64,000 nucleotides of DNA from Bacteroidota bacterium. Lineage in GTDB: Bacteria; Bacteroidota; Ignavibacteria; Ignavibacteriales; Melioribacteraceae. Positions 10,756-20,365 of the stretch are shown here, piece after piece (the first letter of the stretch is position 1; each line of letters opens with the position of its first letter). The DNA lies in contig JAHISP010000014.1 in NCBI GenBank assembly GCA_018818165.1, forward strand, positions 11,875 to 75,874, in the 5' to 3' direction. The translations under genes and the position numbers were made by a program. Under the pieces are notes generated by a model. The model worked only from the letters and a program-made list of their open reading frames with translations. It was not told the DNA's origin and did no database searches.

Positions 10756-11406
10756 ATGAGCCAAAAGAATAGAAAAATTGGCAAATCGCAAGTTGAAGGA
10801 GAGAAAATTGTATTTGGATTAAACAAAAAACAAAGAAGCAGAGTATATACTGTGTTGTTTTTTGTTGTGGTTTTAGTACTTTTTATAACAAACAATTCTG
10901 GAGATGATTCACAACCAGGTCCATTTCCGCCAAATTATAATCAAACCGAATCTGATTTATTAAAACTTTCCGATTTAAGAGGAAAAGTAGTAATTGTCGA
11001 TTTTTGGGCTACTTGGTGTGCGCCATGTCGTGAAGGAATTCCAGATTTAATAGCTCTTAAAAATGAATTCAAAGATAAAGATGTTGAAATTGTTGGTATT
11101 TCTGTTGATGCATTAACAAAAAGTGGCGAAACGGCTGCCGATGTAGCACCATTTATGAGCACTTTTAAAATTAATTATCCAATTGTTAGAGCAGATGAAA
11201 ATGCTATATACGCATTTGGTGGAATTCAATCTATTCCAACTACGTTTTTGATAAATAAAAGTGGTAAAGTTGTTGCCAAATATGAAACTTTGGTTTCAAA
11301 AGAGACTTATCGTGAGCATATAAATAAAATTTTAAATAACAATTACGATTCCACAAAAGCAACTCTTGCTCCTAATTTTAACTTACCATTGATAGAAGCC
11401 AAATAA
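10756..11406 (+). CDS. TlpA/ResA-family thiol:disulfide oxidoreductase (membrane-anchored thioredoxin fold)
   Basis: N-terminal TM segment. Active site FWATWCAPC, and a cis-Pro region SIPTTF. Confidence 0.9.
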   Translation: MSQKNRKIGKSQVEGEKIVFGLNKKQRSRVYTVLFFVVVLVLFITNNSGDDSQPGPFPPNYNQTESDLLKLSDLRGKVVIVDFWATWCAPCREGIPDLIALKNEFKDKDVEIVGISVDALTKSGETAADVAPFMSTFKINYPIVRADENAIYAFGGIQSIPTTFLINKSGKVVAKYETLVSKETYREHINKILNNNYDSTKATLAPNFNLPLIEAK

Positions 11407-11503
11407 TTTAGTTTGGTATTTTAACATTATTAAGTAGTTTTATAGTGATATTTTACGAAAGTTAAGATATCACTATATAATATTTTTTATTTAACCCAGC
11501 AAA

Positions 11504-12856
11504 ATGAATACTTTAAATAGAATAAAATCACTACCTGAAACACAATCCCATATTATTTTAAATAGTATTGTTGAAGGTGTATTTACAGTAGATCAAGATT
11601 TAAGAATTACATATTTTAATAAAGCTGCTGAAAAAATTACTGGTGTAAGGGTGGAAAATGCACTTGGTGAATTTTGTTTTGAAGTGTTTAAGTCAAACCT
11701 TTGTGAAGTCTCATGTCCAATAAAAACCGCAATTTTAACTGGTTGCGATAGTATAAACCAAAAAGTAAATATTCTTAGATTTGATGGAAAAGAAATACCA
11801 ATTTCAATTAATGCGTCAGCTTTAAAAGATGAAGTTGGAAAAATAATTGGTGGAGTAGAGACTTTCCGCGATTTATCAACAATTGTAGCACTTAGAAAAG
11901 AGATTGAAAAAGGATATACATTTGAGGATATAGTTTCTAAAAACCACAAAATATTAGAACTTTTTAACATTCTTCCAAACATTTCTGAAAGTGAAGCTAC
12001 TGTTTTAATTCAAGGACCAAGTGGCTCGGGAAAGGAGCTTTTTGCTAGAGCAATTCACAACTTGAGTTTTAGAAAAAATGGACCCTTTATTGCAATTAAT
12101 TGCGGTGCTTTGCCAGATAATCTTCTTGAATCGGAACTATTTGGATATTATAAAGGAGCTTTTACTGATGCACAGAAAGATAAACCAGGAAGATTTGAAT
12201 TAGCCAAAGGTGGAACAATATTTCTTGACGAAGTTGAATCTCTTTCTCCTGCAACTCAAGTTAAGCTATTACGTGTTTTGCAGGAAAAGGAATTTGAACC
12301 ACTTGGTGCAACTAGTTCTGTTAAAACAAATGTTCGTATTATTTCTGCTACAAAAGACAACTTACTTGATTTAGTATCTCAAAATAAGTTTAGAGACGAT
12401 TTATATTTCCGATTGAATATTGTTAAAATTGAACTTCCATCATTAAAGGAAAGAAAGGACGATATTCCTTATCTAATTAATCATTTTATTGAGCTTTTCA
12501 ATTATAAAATGGAAAAGATGATTTCCTCGGTTTCAAATGAAGTTCTAGAATTTTTAATGAATTATTCATTCCCTGGAAATATTAGAGAACTTGAAAACAT
12601 CATTGAGCATGCCTTTGTAATGTGCCAAAATGAAGTTATAGAATTTGAAGATTTACCGAATGATTTAATAAATATGAGTACAAGCGAAATTCAATCTAAA
12701 AAGAATTTAATTCAACCAATTGAAAAATCGGAGTGTGATTTAATTTTTAGTACTTTAAAAAAACACGATTGGAATAAAATTGAAGTTGCAAAAGAACTTA
12801 AATTACATCGTTCAACTTTGTGGCGCAAAATGAGAAAATATGGACTTCTTCAATAA
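11504..12856 (+). CDS. Sigma54-dependent transcriptional activator with an N-terminal PAS domain
   Basis: PAS-like N-terminus. AAA+ core with GPSGSGKELFARAIH, ESELFGY and the GAFTDA loop. C-terminal Fis-type HTH (LKLHRSTLWRKMRKYGL). Confidence 0.9.
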   Translation: MNTLNRIKSLPETQSHIILNSIVEGVFTVDQDLRITYFNKAAEKITGVRVENALGEFCFEVFKSNLCEVSCPIKTAILTGCDSINQKVNILRFDGKEIPISINASALKDEVGKIIGGVETFRDLSTIVALRKEIEKGYTFEDIVSKNHKILELFNILPNISESEATVLIQGPSGSGKELFARAIHNLSFRKNGPFIAINCGALPDNLLESELFGYYKGAFTDAQKDKPGRFELAKGGTIFLDEVESLSPATQVKLLRVLQEKEFEPLGATSSVKTNVRIISATKDNLLDLVSQNKFRDDLYFRLNIVKIELPSLKERKDDIPYLINHFIELFNYKMEKMISSVSNEVLEFLMNYSFPGNIRELENIIEHAFVMCQNEVIEFEDLPNDLINMSTSEIQSKKNLIQPIEKSECDLIFSTLKKHDWNKIEVAKELKLHRSTLWRKMRKYGLLQ

Positions 12857-13013
12857 CATAAAATTATTTCCTCCCAGTTACCCAATTTTTCAAAAGCAAT
12901 TTATCATTATTGCTAACTTTGATGAATGATGGATATTCAAATAAGTTGGAATAGACATTGTGTCGCATGAAATATTTTCATACAATTTTACTTACTAACC
13001 TATATAGTTTTCC

Positions 13014-13625
13014 TTAGTAAAACATTGATAAATCACCAGCACCTTCTCTTAATATTTCTGGAGTATCACCGCTAAAATCAATAATTGAAGATGGTTGGTT
13101 GTTTTGTTCCCCAAGCGAAAGCATTAAATCAACACTAAAGTCAAAAATATTTCTAATTTCTTCTGGATCACTAAGTTGACTGCCAAGACGAGTTGTTGTG
13201 CTTGTGCTAATAATTGGATTACCAAGACCTTTTGTGAGCATCTCAGTTATTCTGTTATCGGGAATTCTAATGCCAACCGTTTTCCTCTTTGTCCACAATT
13301 TTTTAGGAACATCTTTCGCCGCTGGCAGAACAAAAGTATAAGGTCCCGGAGCTAGCTTTCTGATAATTTTAAATGCAGAGTCAGATACTTTTGCATATTT
13401 AGAAATGTTTTTCAGATTTGGGGCAATAAAGCTAAATAATTTTGTTTCAGATTCATTTTTAATTTCATAAACACGTTTTACAGCTTTTGCACAAAAAATA
13501 TCACAACCTAAAGCATAAACTGTATCTGTTGGATAAATAATAACTCCACCATTTTTAAGGACTTCAATTGCTTTATTAATATATCTTTCTTGTGGATTAT
13601 CGGGATGAAGTTCATAATATTCCAT
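13014..13625 (-). CDS. tsaC: L-threonylcarbamoyladenylate synthase (YrdC/TsaC family)
   Basis: 203 aa with IIYPTDTVYALGCD and the overall YrdC-domain pattern. Confidence 0.8.
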   Translation of the reverse strand: MEYYELHPDNPQERYINKAIEVLKNGGVIIYPTDTVYALGCDIFCAKAVKRVYEIKNESETKLFSFIAPNLKNISKYAKVSDSAFKIIRKLAPGPYTFVLPAAKDVPKKLWTKRKTVGIRIPDNRITEMLTKGLGNPIISTSTTTRLGSQLSDPEEIRNIFDFSVDLMLSLGEQNNQPSSIIDFSGDTPEILREGAGDLSMFY

Positions 13626-13627
13626 AA

Positions 13628-14023
13628 TTATAACACCTCAAATTTAGCTTTTAAGAAATCAAATTTTTTGAGTCCAACAAAAATTTCTTCAATGTTATTC
13701 CCTCGCATAATTGCTGTAGTCGGCGTTCCTAATATTCCAAACTCTGTCGCAACTTCTCTCTTATCGGATAAATCAATTTTCCCAACAAAATCTATATCAT
13801 CTTTTAACCTATCAATTATAGGTGATTGTGTTTTACATGCACCACAAGAAGGAGTGTAAAAATATAAAATAGATTTTTTGCCTTTTAGTAACTCTTGAAT
13901 ATCACTAGTAAAAATAGAAACATTTACTGATTTCCCTTTTACTCGCTGTACTCTTTTTTGCATAAATAATTTTAGGCTTAACATCAAAAGTACTATTACG
14001 CCTACGGTAATGGCTACATCCAT
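13628..14023 (-). CDS. Membrane-anchored thioredoxin-family protein
   Basis: N-terminal TM segment. CxxC site in YTPSCGACK, and GILGTPT (cis-Pro). Confidence 0.8.
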   Translation of the reverse strand: MDVAITVGVIVLLMLSLKLFMQKRVQRVKGKSVNVSIFTSDIQELLKGKKSILYFYTPSCGACKTQSPIIDRLKDDIDFVGKIDLSDKREVATEFGILGTPTTAIMRGNNIEEIFVGLKKFDFLKAKFEVL

Positions 14024-14266
14024 TAATTTACCTCATGTCTTTAACATAAAAAACAAATTATTATCTAATGTATGCTTGTTATAATTGAAGTTTAATATTT
14101 TTTAATCATCAACAATAATTTGAGTAACAAATATATGGTAATATTGTTGAGTTGTACAAAAAAAAGAGAATATGAATTACCGAAGAATTTATTTCATTAT
14201 TTAATGTTAATAATTATCTTATTATCTTTAAACCCTAGTTGATAATCCATAACATATTGAAGTAAA

Positions 14267-15094
14267 ATGACAAAAATAAAATATATTACTTTCTCGCTAA
14301 TAATAATTATTTACTCTTTTAGTTACGCACAAGAAATTGAATTCTATGGAAATCTTGCTCCAGGCAATGTAATAATTGCTGAGGGAAACAATATTCAGTG
14401 GGCTTGGATTGACAGCACGCAACTAAGGGTTGATTCTAAAAAGTTGTTTGCTTTTGGATTTGATGCAAAAGAAACGGGAAGTAAAATATTAAAAGTTAAA
14501 CACGATAAGGGTTTGGTATCATTAAAGAAAATTAACTTACCAAGTAGAGAATATAAAGTTCAAAAAATTAATAATAAGAAACAGCAGTTTAGCACCACTC
14601 CAGACTCTTTAATGACTAGAATTAAGAGAGAAAGAGAAGTAGCAATTAACGCAATGAAAAAAATTGGCAAAGTAGATACAGCATATTATAAAACGGGTTT
14701 CATGATACCAATAAAGGGTGGTGTTATAACTGGTGTTTTTGGAAGTCAGAGAATTCTTAATGGAGTTCCTAAAAACATGCACAACGGTTTGGATATTGCT
14801 GTTCCTAGAGGAACACCAGTTTATGCAATGACGGATGGAGTTGTAAATTTGACAACTGATAATTTTTACTATGCTGGTAATTATATTGTTTTAGATCATG
14901 GACAGGGATTGAATAGCCTATATTTACACTTGAGTCAAATTCTTGTAAAAGAAGGGCAACATGTAAAAAAAGGTGAAATTATTGGCAAAGTTGGAACTAC
15001 TGGAAGATCTACAGGTCCCCACTTGCATTGGGGAGTTCAATGGTATTCAAAAAGAGTTGACCCAGCTGAGCTATTAAAAATTAAATATAATTAG
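14267..15094 (+). CDS. M23-family metalloendopeptidase
   Basis: Signal peptide. HNGLDIAVPRGTPVYA and GPHLHWGV, the M23 HxxxD / HxH motifs. Confidence 0.9.
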   Translation: MTKIKYITFSLIIIIYSFSYAQEIEFYGNLAPGNVIIAEGNNIQWAWIDSTQLRVDSKKLFAFGFDAKETGSKILKVKHDKGLVSLKKINLPSREYKVQKINNKKQQFSTTPDSLMTRIKREREVAINAMKKIGKVDTAYYKTGFMIPIKGGVITGVFGSQRILNGVPKNMHNGLDIAVPRGTPVYAMTDGVVNLTTDNFYYAGNYIVLDHGQGLNSLYLHLSQILVKEGQHVKKGEIIGKVGTTGRSTGPHLHWGVQWYSKRVDPAELLKIKYN

Positions 15095-15138
15095 TGAAAT
15101 TAATTTTGGAAAGAAAATATTTAAATGGATGTGACTGG

Positions 15139-15705
15139 ATGTATATAAAAAAAATAATTTTAGTATTGTCTCTTTTATTTATTTCACTAATGTTTTTTAG
15201 CTGCAGTAGTGCAATTCCTATAGAAAAAACAATTGTTGTAGAAAATAAAACATGGGATACAAATGATGCAGAAGCAATTGCCGATTCAATAGTTAGTAAA
15301 CTTTTATTGTCAACATGGAAAACAGAATTTACATCTAAGAGAAAACCCAAAATATTTATTGGTTCAGTTAAAAACCTTACAAACGAAGAAATAGATACAA
15401 ATTTAATATCGAAAAATATTGAGAGAAGTTTTGTAAATGATGGGCAAGTTACATTAATTACTTCAAAAGAAAAAAGAGAAGAGGTTAGAGCACATAGGAA
15501 AAATACTGTTGACTTTGCCAACAAAAAAGAATTTAAAAAATATCTTAAAGATTCTAAAGCTGATTTTTTTATTGATGGGACATTCAATTTAACAAGTGAC
15601 TCATTGAATAAACCACTTTTGAAAAAGTATCATTTATTATTAAATGTAACTGACATTAAAAAGTTTGAATCTGTGTCATCAAAAAATATATTTCTTATTA
15701 AATAA
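15139..15705 (+). CDS. LpoB-like lipoprotein (penicillin-binding-protein activator family)
   Basis: The ATG at 15139 gives MYIKKIILVLSLLFISLMFFSCSS (lipobox). KIFIGSVKNLTNEEIDTNLISKNIERSF resembles COG3417/LpoB. The track start at 15094 is a GTG extension. Confidence 0.55.
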   Translation: MYIKKIILVLSLLFISLMFFSCSSAIPIEKTIVVENKTWDTNDAEAIADSIVSKLLLSTWKTEFTSKRKPKIFIGSVKNLTNEEIDTNLISKNIERSFVNDGQVTLITSKEKREEVRAHRKNTVDFANKKEFKKYLKDSKADFFIDGTFNLTSDSLNKPLLKKYHLLLNVTDIKKFESVSSKNIFLIK

Positions 15706-15789
15706 TAAGAGTTTTTACAATATAAAGTAAATATTACTTGTTACGAGAGCCTAGAATACTTATAATAGTATATATATAAATATATAGTT

Positions 15790-15805
15790 TGGCTTAATTA
15801 TTGTA
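15790..15805 (+). promoter_or_regulatory. Candidate sigma54 (-24/-12) promoter upstream of the pilus operon
   Basis: TGGCTTAATTATTGTA has the correct GG-N10-G(C/T) spacing relative to the consensus TGGCAC-N5-TTGC. The -12 element is TTGT, not TTGC. It lies 43 nt upstream of the pilC-like ATG. Confidence 0.3.
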
Positions 15806-15847
15806 TCAAAATAAAATATTTAACTACTTTTGGATAGGTGCTATTTT

Positions 15848-17182
15848 ATGATTGAATTAAAGTTTACTGCTCAAAAACCAAATGGACAAATTGTCAACGG
15901 AAATCTTGCGGCTGGAACATATTCTGAAGGGAAAAAACAAATTAAAGCTATTGTTGAAAAACATAAGCTAAAGCTTAAATCTATTCAGAAAAAAGTTACA
16001 TTTATTTATAAAATTAAAAAAGGAAATGAAACTCCTACAAAAGGTGAACAGAGAGCATTTTCAAAAGAAGAAGTTGTACAAGCTCTTACAAAAATGGGTT
16101 ACCAAGTAATTTCGGTAAATAAATATCTGTTTGAATGGAGCCCAAAGCCACCACAACAAGAAATATTATCATTCGTTAAAATTAGTGCAGAACTATTGGA
16201 ACAAAAACTTCCTTATAGTGAAATTATGACACTGCTTGTAAATGATTTAGAAAATAAAACACTACGAGAAACTTTAAAACAAATTAATAATGAATTAAAA
16301 AAAGGTGCCGATAGTCAGACAACTTTTATTAAGCACGAAAGAGTTTTTGGCAAATTTACTGCCTATATGCTTGGTCTTGCAGCAAAGAGTGGTAACATGA
16401 CGGAAATTTACAAAGCAACCGCCAAATTTCTTGAACGAAGAATGCAGTTTAGTAAAGATTTACGAAGCGCCCTAATTACACCTGCAATTACAATGTTTGT
16501 TTTATTGTTAGCTGTTCTTTTTTATGTTGGATATATTTTCCCCGAAACAGCAAAATTGTTTTTGAAATTCGATATTCCACTTCCTCCTTTAACTGCAGCA
16601 ACATTATCAATTAGTGATTTCTTAATTAATCAATGGCCACTAGTTTTAATTGTAATATTTGTTCCTCCAATAGTGCTTATATGGTGGAATTCAACTCCAA
16701 AAGGAAATCTTTTCTTTTCAAAATATATGATGAAAGCTCCTATAATTGGGGGTCTTGTTCACAAAACAAATATAGAAGTATTTTGTCGCGTTTTCTATAC
16801 TCTTTATAGTGGTTCTGCAGAATCTATTGAGCCAATTAGAATTGCATCTGAAGCTACTGATAATGCTTATTTTGAACAACAAATAAAAAAAATTGCAATA
16901 CCAATGATGATAAGAAAAGGTGCTGGAATTTCTGAATCATTTGCAGCAGCTAAAATATTTACTGATACAGCTATTTCAAGATTTCACTCTGGCGAAGAGA
17001 CTGGAACAATAAAAAATACTGCGTTACAGTTGGCTAATTATTATGAAAGCGAAACAGTTTTTAGACTTAAAAACGTAATTGAAATGATTCAAGTATTTAT
17101 TGCAATGGCTATAATGGTTGTTATGATAGGATTAACACTGGTTTCTGCCGAAACGGCAACAATTAATCCTTCGGTAAGATAA
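15848..17182 (+). CDS. pilC: Type IV pilus / T2SS platform protein (GspF/PilC family)
   Basis: Start taken at the ATG at 15848. Two T2SS-F-like repeats and three TM segments. It sits immediately upstream of the PilB/PilT ATPases. Confidence 0.8.
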   Translation: MIELKFTAQKPNGQIVNGNLAAGTYSEGKKQIKAIVEKHKLKLKSIQKKVTFIYKIKKGNETPTKGEQRAFSKEEVVQALTKMGYQVISVNKYLFEWSPKPPQQEILSFVKISAELLEQKLPYSEIMTLLVNDLENKTLRETLKQINNELKKGADSQTTFIKHERVFGKFTAYMLGLAAKSGNMTEIYKATAKFLERRMQFSKDLRSALITPAITMFVLLLAVLFYVGYIFPETAKLFLKFDIPLPPLTAATLSISDFLINQWPLVLIVIFVPPIVLIWWNSTPKGNLFFSKYMMKAPIIGGLVHKTNIEVFCRVFYTLYSGSAESIEPIRIASEATDNAYFEQQIKKIAIPMMIRKGAGISESFAAAKIFTDTAISRFHSGEETGTIKNTALQLANYYESETVFRLKNVIEMIQVFIAMAIMVVMIGLTLVSAETATINPSVR

Positions 17183-17286
17183 GAAATAATAATAATTAAG
17201 TAAGATTATATACAAGTATTAAAGAAAATTGCGTATTTTTGTATAAATAATGAGTTATATGTTCGAAATTCTTTTGAGGAGAATAG

Positions 17287-19074
17287 ATGCTTGATTCACA
17301 GCTTGAGATGACTGATAAGGTTGGTTATTTACTTTTAAAAAAAGGAATAATTGACGAAGATATTCTTGAAAAAGCATTATCGGCAAAAAAAGCTGATGAG
17401 TTAAAAGGACGAAGAAACCTTGCACAAATTTTAGTTCAACAATTAGGCTTTGACCACGATACAATATTTCGCGAAGTTTCAGTTCTTTATGCATTTAAAG
17501 AATTAAATATTTCTGTTGCTGATTTATCAGAAGAAAGAGTTGAAGAAATTAAACGCCTCCTTAATTCAAAAGGGGATGAAACTCGCGATCAGTTTTTGTT
17601 ACATAAAGTCCTTCCATATAGTTACGATAAATTGCGCGATAGGCTTGTCCTTGCTGCAGTTGATCCCACAGACAAAGAGCTAACTAAAATTGCATACAGC
17701 TTAAACATCAAAAAATTTGAAGTAAATTTTTTACGAAAAAAAGACTACGATAAATTAGTGGAAGTTATTGCTCCTCTTGAAAATGAATATTTAAAAGCAA
17801 TTGCAACCTCTAATGAAGAAATAAACGTTGAGCTTGATGAAACAAATCTTGATGAAGAAGAATTAGACGCAGAAATTAATAAGAGTGCTCTAGTAAATCT
17901 AATAGAAGGTGCTTTAGTTGAAGGTGTTCGTAAAGGCGCCAGTGATATTCATATTGTTCCTAAAAGTGGAAAAAGAGCAGAAATCCATTTCCGAATTGAT
18001 GGCAAGTTACAGTTGTGGCACGGACAAGACAATACTCAACCCGAAGCTTTAATGGCAGTTGTAAAAGATAGAGCAATGGGATTAGACCGATTTGAAAGAG
18101 AGCGAGCGCAGGATGGATTTATTCAGCGTGCAATTGATAATCATATTATTAGATATAGAGTTTCTGTTCTTCCTATGGTTGGAACAGAATTGAAGAATAA
18201 ATTTGAATCCATAGTTATAAGAATATTGGATGACCGAAAGGTTATTAAAGACTTAAGTAAATTGGGGCTTTTTGGATACTCAAGCACAGCTTTCCAAAAG
18301 GCAATTACGCAGCCACAGGGAATGATAATTTTAACTGGTCCAACTGGAAGTGGTAAAAGTACCACGCTTGTTGCTGCGCTTTACCAAGTAATTGACCCAA
18401 CTAAAAATATTCTTACCGTTGAAGACCCTGTTGAATATGTTATTGAAGGAGCTCGTCAGTTAAAAATTGGTTACAGAATGAATTTTGAGCAGGCAATTAG
18501 AGCAATACTTCGTCATGACCCCGATATTGTGCTTGTGGGTGAAATGAGAGATAAAGAAACTGCAGAAACTGCTATTAAGCTTGCTAATACAGGTCACTTA
18601 ACGTTTTCAACTCTTCACACAAATGATGCACCAAGTGCGGTTGCCCGTCTTTATAAAATGGGAGTTGAACCATTTTTAATTGCTTATGCAATAAATATTA
18701 TTGTAGCTCAGCGCCTTATTAGAAAGCTTTGTGAAAGTTGCAAAAAGAAAGTAGAAAAAATTGATGCAGGTGTTGCTGAACGCGCGGGAATTAATCTTGA
18801 AGAATGGAAAAATTATGAAATTTATGAAGCTGTTGGCTGTCCAAAATGTAACCAATCAGGTTACAAAGGAAGAATGGCTATTCATGAAGCATTATTTTTT
18901 ACAAAGGCAATTCGTGAATTAATTGTTAGAGCTGGCGAAGAAGTTGATGAAGATGCTGTTCGTAGGCAATCTCAAAAGGATGGAACATTAACTTTAAGAG
19001 AATCTGGCTTGGAAAAAGTGAAATTAGGAACTACTTCACTTGCTGAGGTTCTTGCTGGAACCATGGATGATTAG
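17287..19074 (+). CDS. pilB: Type IV pilus assembly ATPase (GspE/PilB family)
   Basis: N-terminal GspE-N-type domain. Walker A LTGPTGSGKSTT, Asp box, Walker B IVLVGEMRD, His box TGHLTFSTLHTND, and a tetracysteine motif (CESC...CPKC). Confidence 0.9.
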   Translation: MLDSQLEMTDKVGYLLLKKGIIDEDILEKALSAKKADELKGRRNLAQILVQQLGFDHDTIFREVSVLYAFKELNISVADLSEERVEEIKRLLNSKGDETRDQFLLHKVLPYSYDKLRDRLVLAAVDPTDKELTKIAYSLNIKKFEVNFLRKKDYDKLVEVIAPLENEYLKAIATSNEEINVELDETNLDEEELDAEINKSALVNLIEGALVEGVRKGASDIHIVPKSGKRAEIHFRIDGKLQLWHGQDNTQPEALMAVVKDRAMGLDRFERERAQDGFIQRAIDNHIIRYRVSVLPMVGTELKNKFESIVIRILDDRKVIKDLSKLGLFGYSSTAFQKAITQPQGMIILTGPTGSGKSTTLVAALYQVIDPTKNILTVEDPVEYVIEGARQLKIGYRMNFEQAIRAILRHDPDIVLVGEMRDKETAETAIKLANTGHLTFSTLHTNDAPSAVARLYKMGVEPFLIAYAINIIVAQRLIRKLCESCKKKVEKIDAGVAERAGINLEEWKNYEIYEAVGCPKCNQSGYKGRMAIHEALFFTKAIRELIVRAGEEVDEDAVRRQSQKDGTLTLRESGLEKVKLGTTSLAEVLAGTMDD

Positions 19075-19138
19075 CAACAATTAAATAATTATTTTAGTTT
19101 TAATTTAAAGTATTGGATGTTTAATTGAGGATTATTAA

Positions 19139-20362
19139 ATGATTGTAGTTGACGAAATATTAAAGAAATATGTTCAAAAAGTTCCCGCAAGTATTTTGGG
19201 ATCTGAAAAAGTTAATTTTATTATTGAAATGTCTCAACAAATGCCTGGTGAAGATAAAATTGCTATGCATAAATTAGTAAACCATATTTTAACTATAATG
19301 ATTGAACAAGAAGCCTCCGATGTTGAGATTGGTGGACATGGAACCGATGATTTTATTTGGTTCAGAATACATGGTAGAAAAATTAGAATTGAAGAACTTC
19401 CAAGATTTAGTAGTTTGGAAGCATCGCTGCTTATTGTTTCTTTGTTGAACAACAATCAATGCAAGCATCTTTTAGTAGGAAGAAATTTAGATTTTAGTTA
19501 TACATTTCACTATGATGTTGTAAATAAAGATATCCGATTTAGAGCTGATGCTTATTTCGATTTAGATACTTTGGCGCTAAATATGCGCGCAATTTCTGCC
19601 ACTACGCGTCCATTAGAAACTTTGGGATTTCATCAGAATGCTATTAGGATGATGAGCCATAGTTATATTAAATTTGGACTTTCGTTAGTTACAGGAATTA
19701 CTGGTTCTGGTAAATCAACTACTTTGGATTCAATAATAGATTTTCATAATAAGTTTGATACTGCTCATATTGTTGTTATTTCATCACCAATTGAATACGT
19801 GCATAAATCCAATAGTGCAATTATTCGTCACAGAGAAGTAGGAAAAGATGTGTTGTCTTTTCAAGAAGGAGTTGTGCAAGCTCTTCGTCAAGACCCCGAT
19901 ATAATTGTTATTGGTGAAATGAGAGATCCTGAAACCATTTTGGCAGCGTTAGAAGTAACTGATACTGGTCACAAAGTATTTTCAACATTGCACACCTCTT
20001 CTGCCACAGAATCCATTGATAGAATTGTAGCAGAAATAAATCCCGCTGAGCAGGAAAGAGTTAGAAACAGATTAGCTGATGTTTTAGTTTCGGTTGTTTC
20101 TCAAAAACTAGTTCCAACAGTTGACAAAAAAAGAGTAATGGCAAAAGAAGTTCTAATTGTTACTCCAAGCGTAAAAGCTGCAATAAAAAATAACAATACT
20201 AGTGAAATTTATTTGATGATTGTTCAAGGTGGACCGCAAGGAATGATATCAATGGAACAAGATTTGCTTAGACTTGTCAACGAAAGAATGATAACAAAAG
20301 AAACGGCTGTTAGCTATGCAAATAATAAAACCAGAATGTTACAATTACTAAAGGCAACTTAA
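19139..20362 (+). CDS. pilT: PilT-family retraction ATPase with a ~60-aa N-terminal extension
   Basis: GITGSGKSTT, IIVIGEMRD and TGHKVFSTLHTSSA. Lacks the GspE N-domain and the Cys motif. Confidence 0.8.
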   Translation: MIVVDEILKKYVQKVPASILGSEKVNFIIEMSQQMPGEDKIAMHKLVNHILTIMIEQEASDVEIGGHGTDDFIWFRIHGRKIRIEELPRFSSLEASLLIVSLLNNNQCKHLLVGRNLDFSYTFHYDVVNKDIRFRADAYFDLDTLALNMRAISATTRPLETLGFHQNAIRMMSHSYIKFGLSLVTGITGSGKSTTLDSIIDFHNKFDTAHIVVISSPIEYVHKSNSAIIRHREVGKDVLSFQEGVVQALRQDPDIIVIGEMRDPETILAALEVTDTGHKVFSTLHTSSATESIDRIVAEINPAEQERVRNRLADVLVSVVSQKLVPTVDKKRVMAKEVLIVTPSVKAAIKNNNTSEIYLMIVQGGPQGMISMEQDLLRLVNERMITKETAVSYANNKTRMLQLLKAT

Positions 20363-20365
20363 CGA

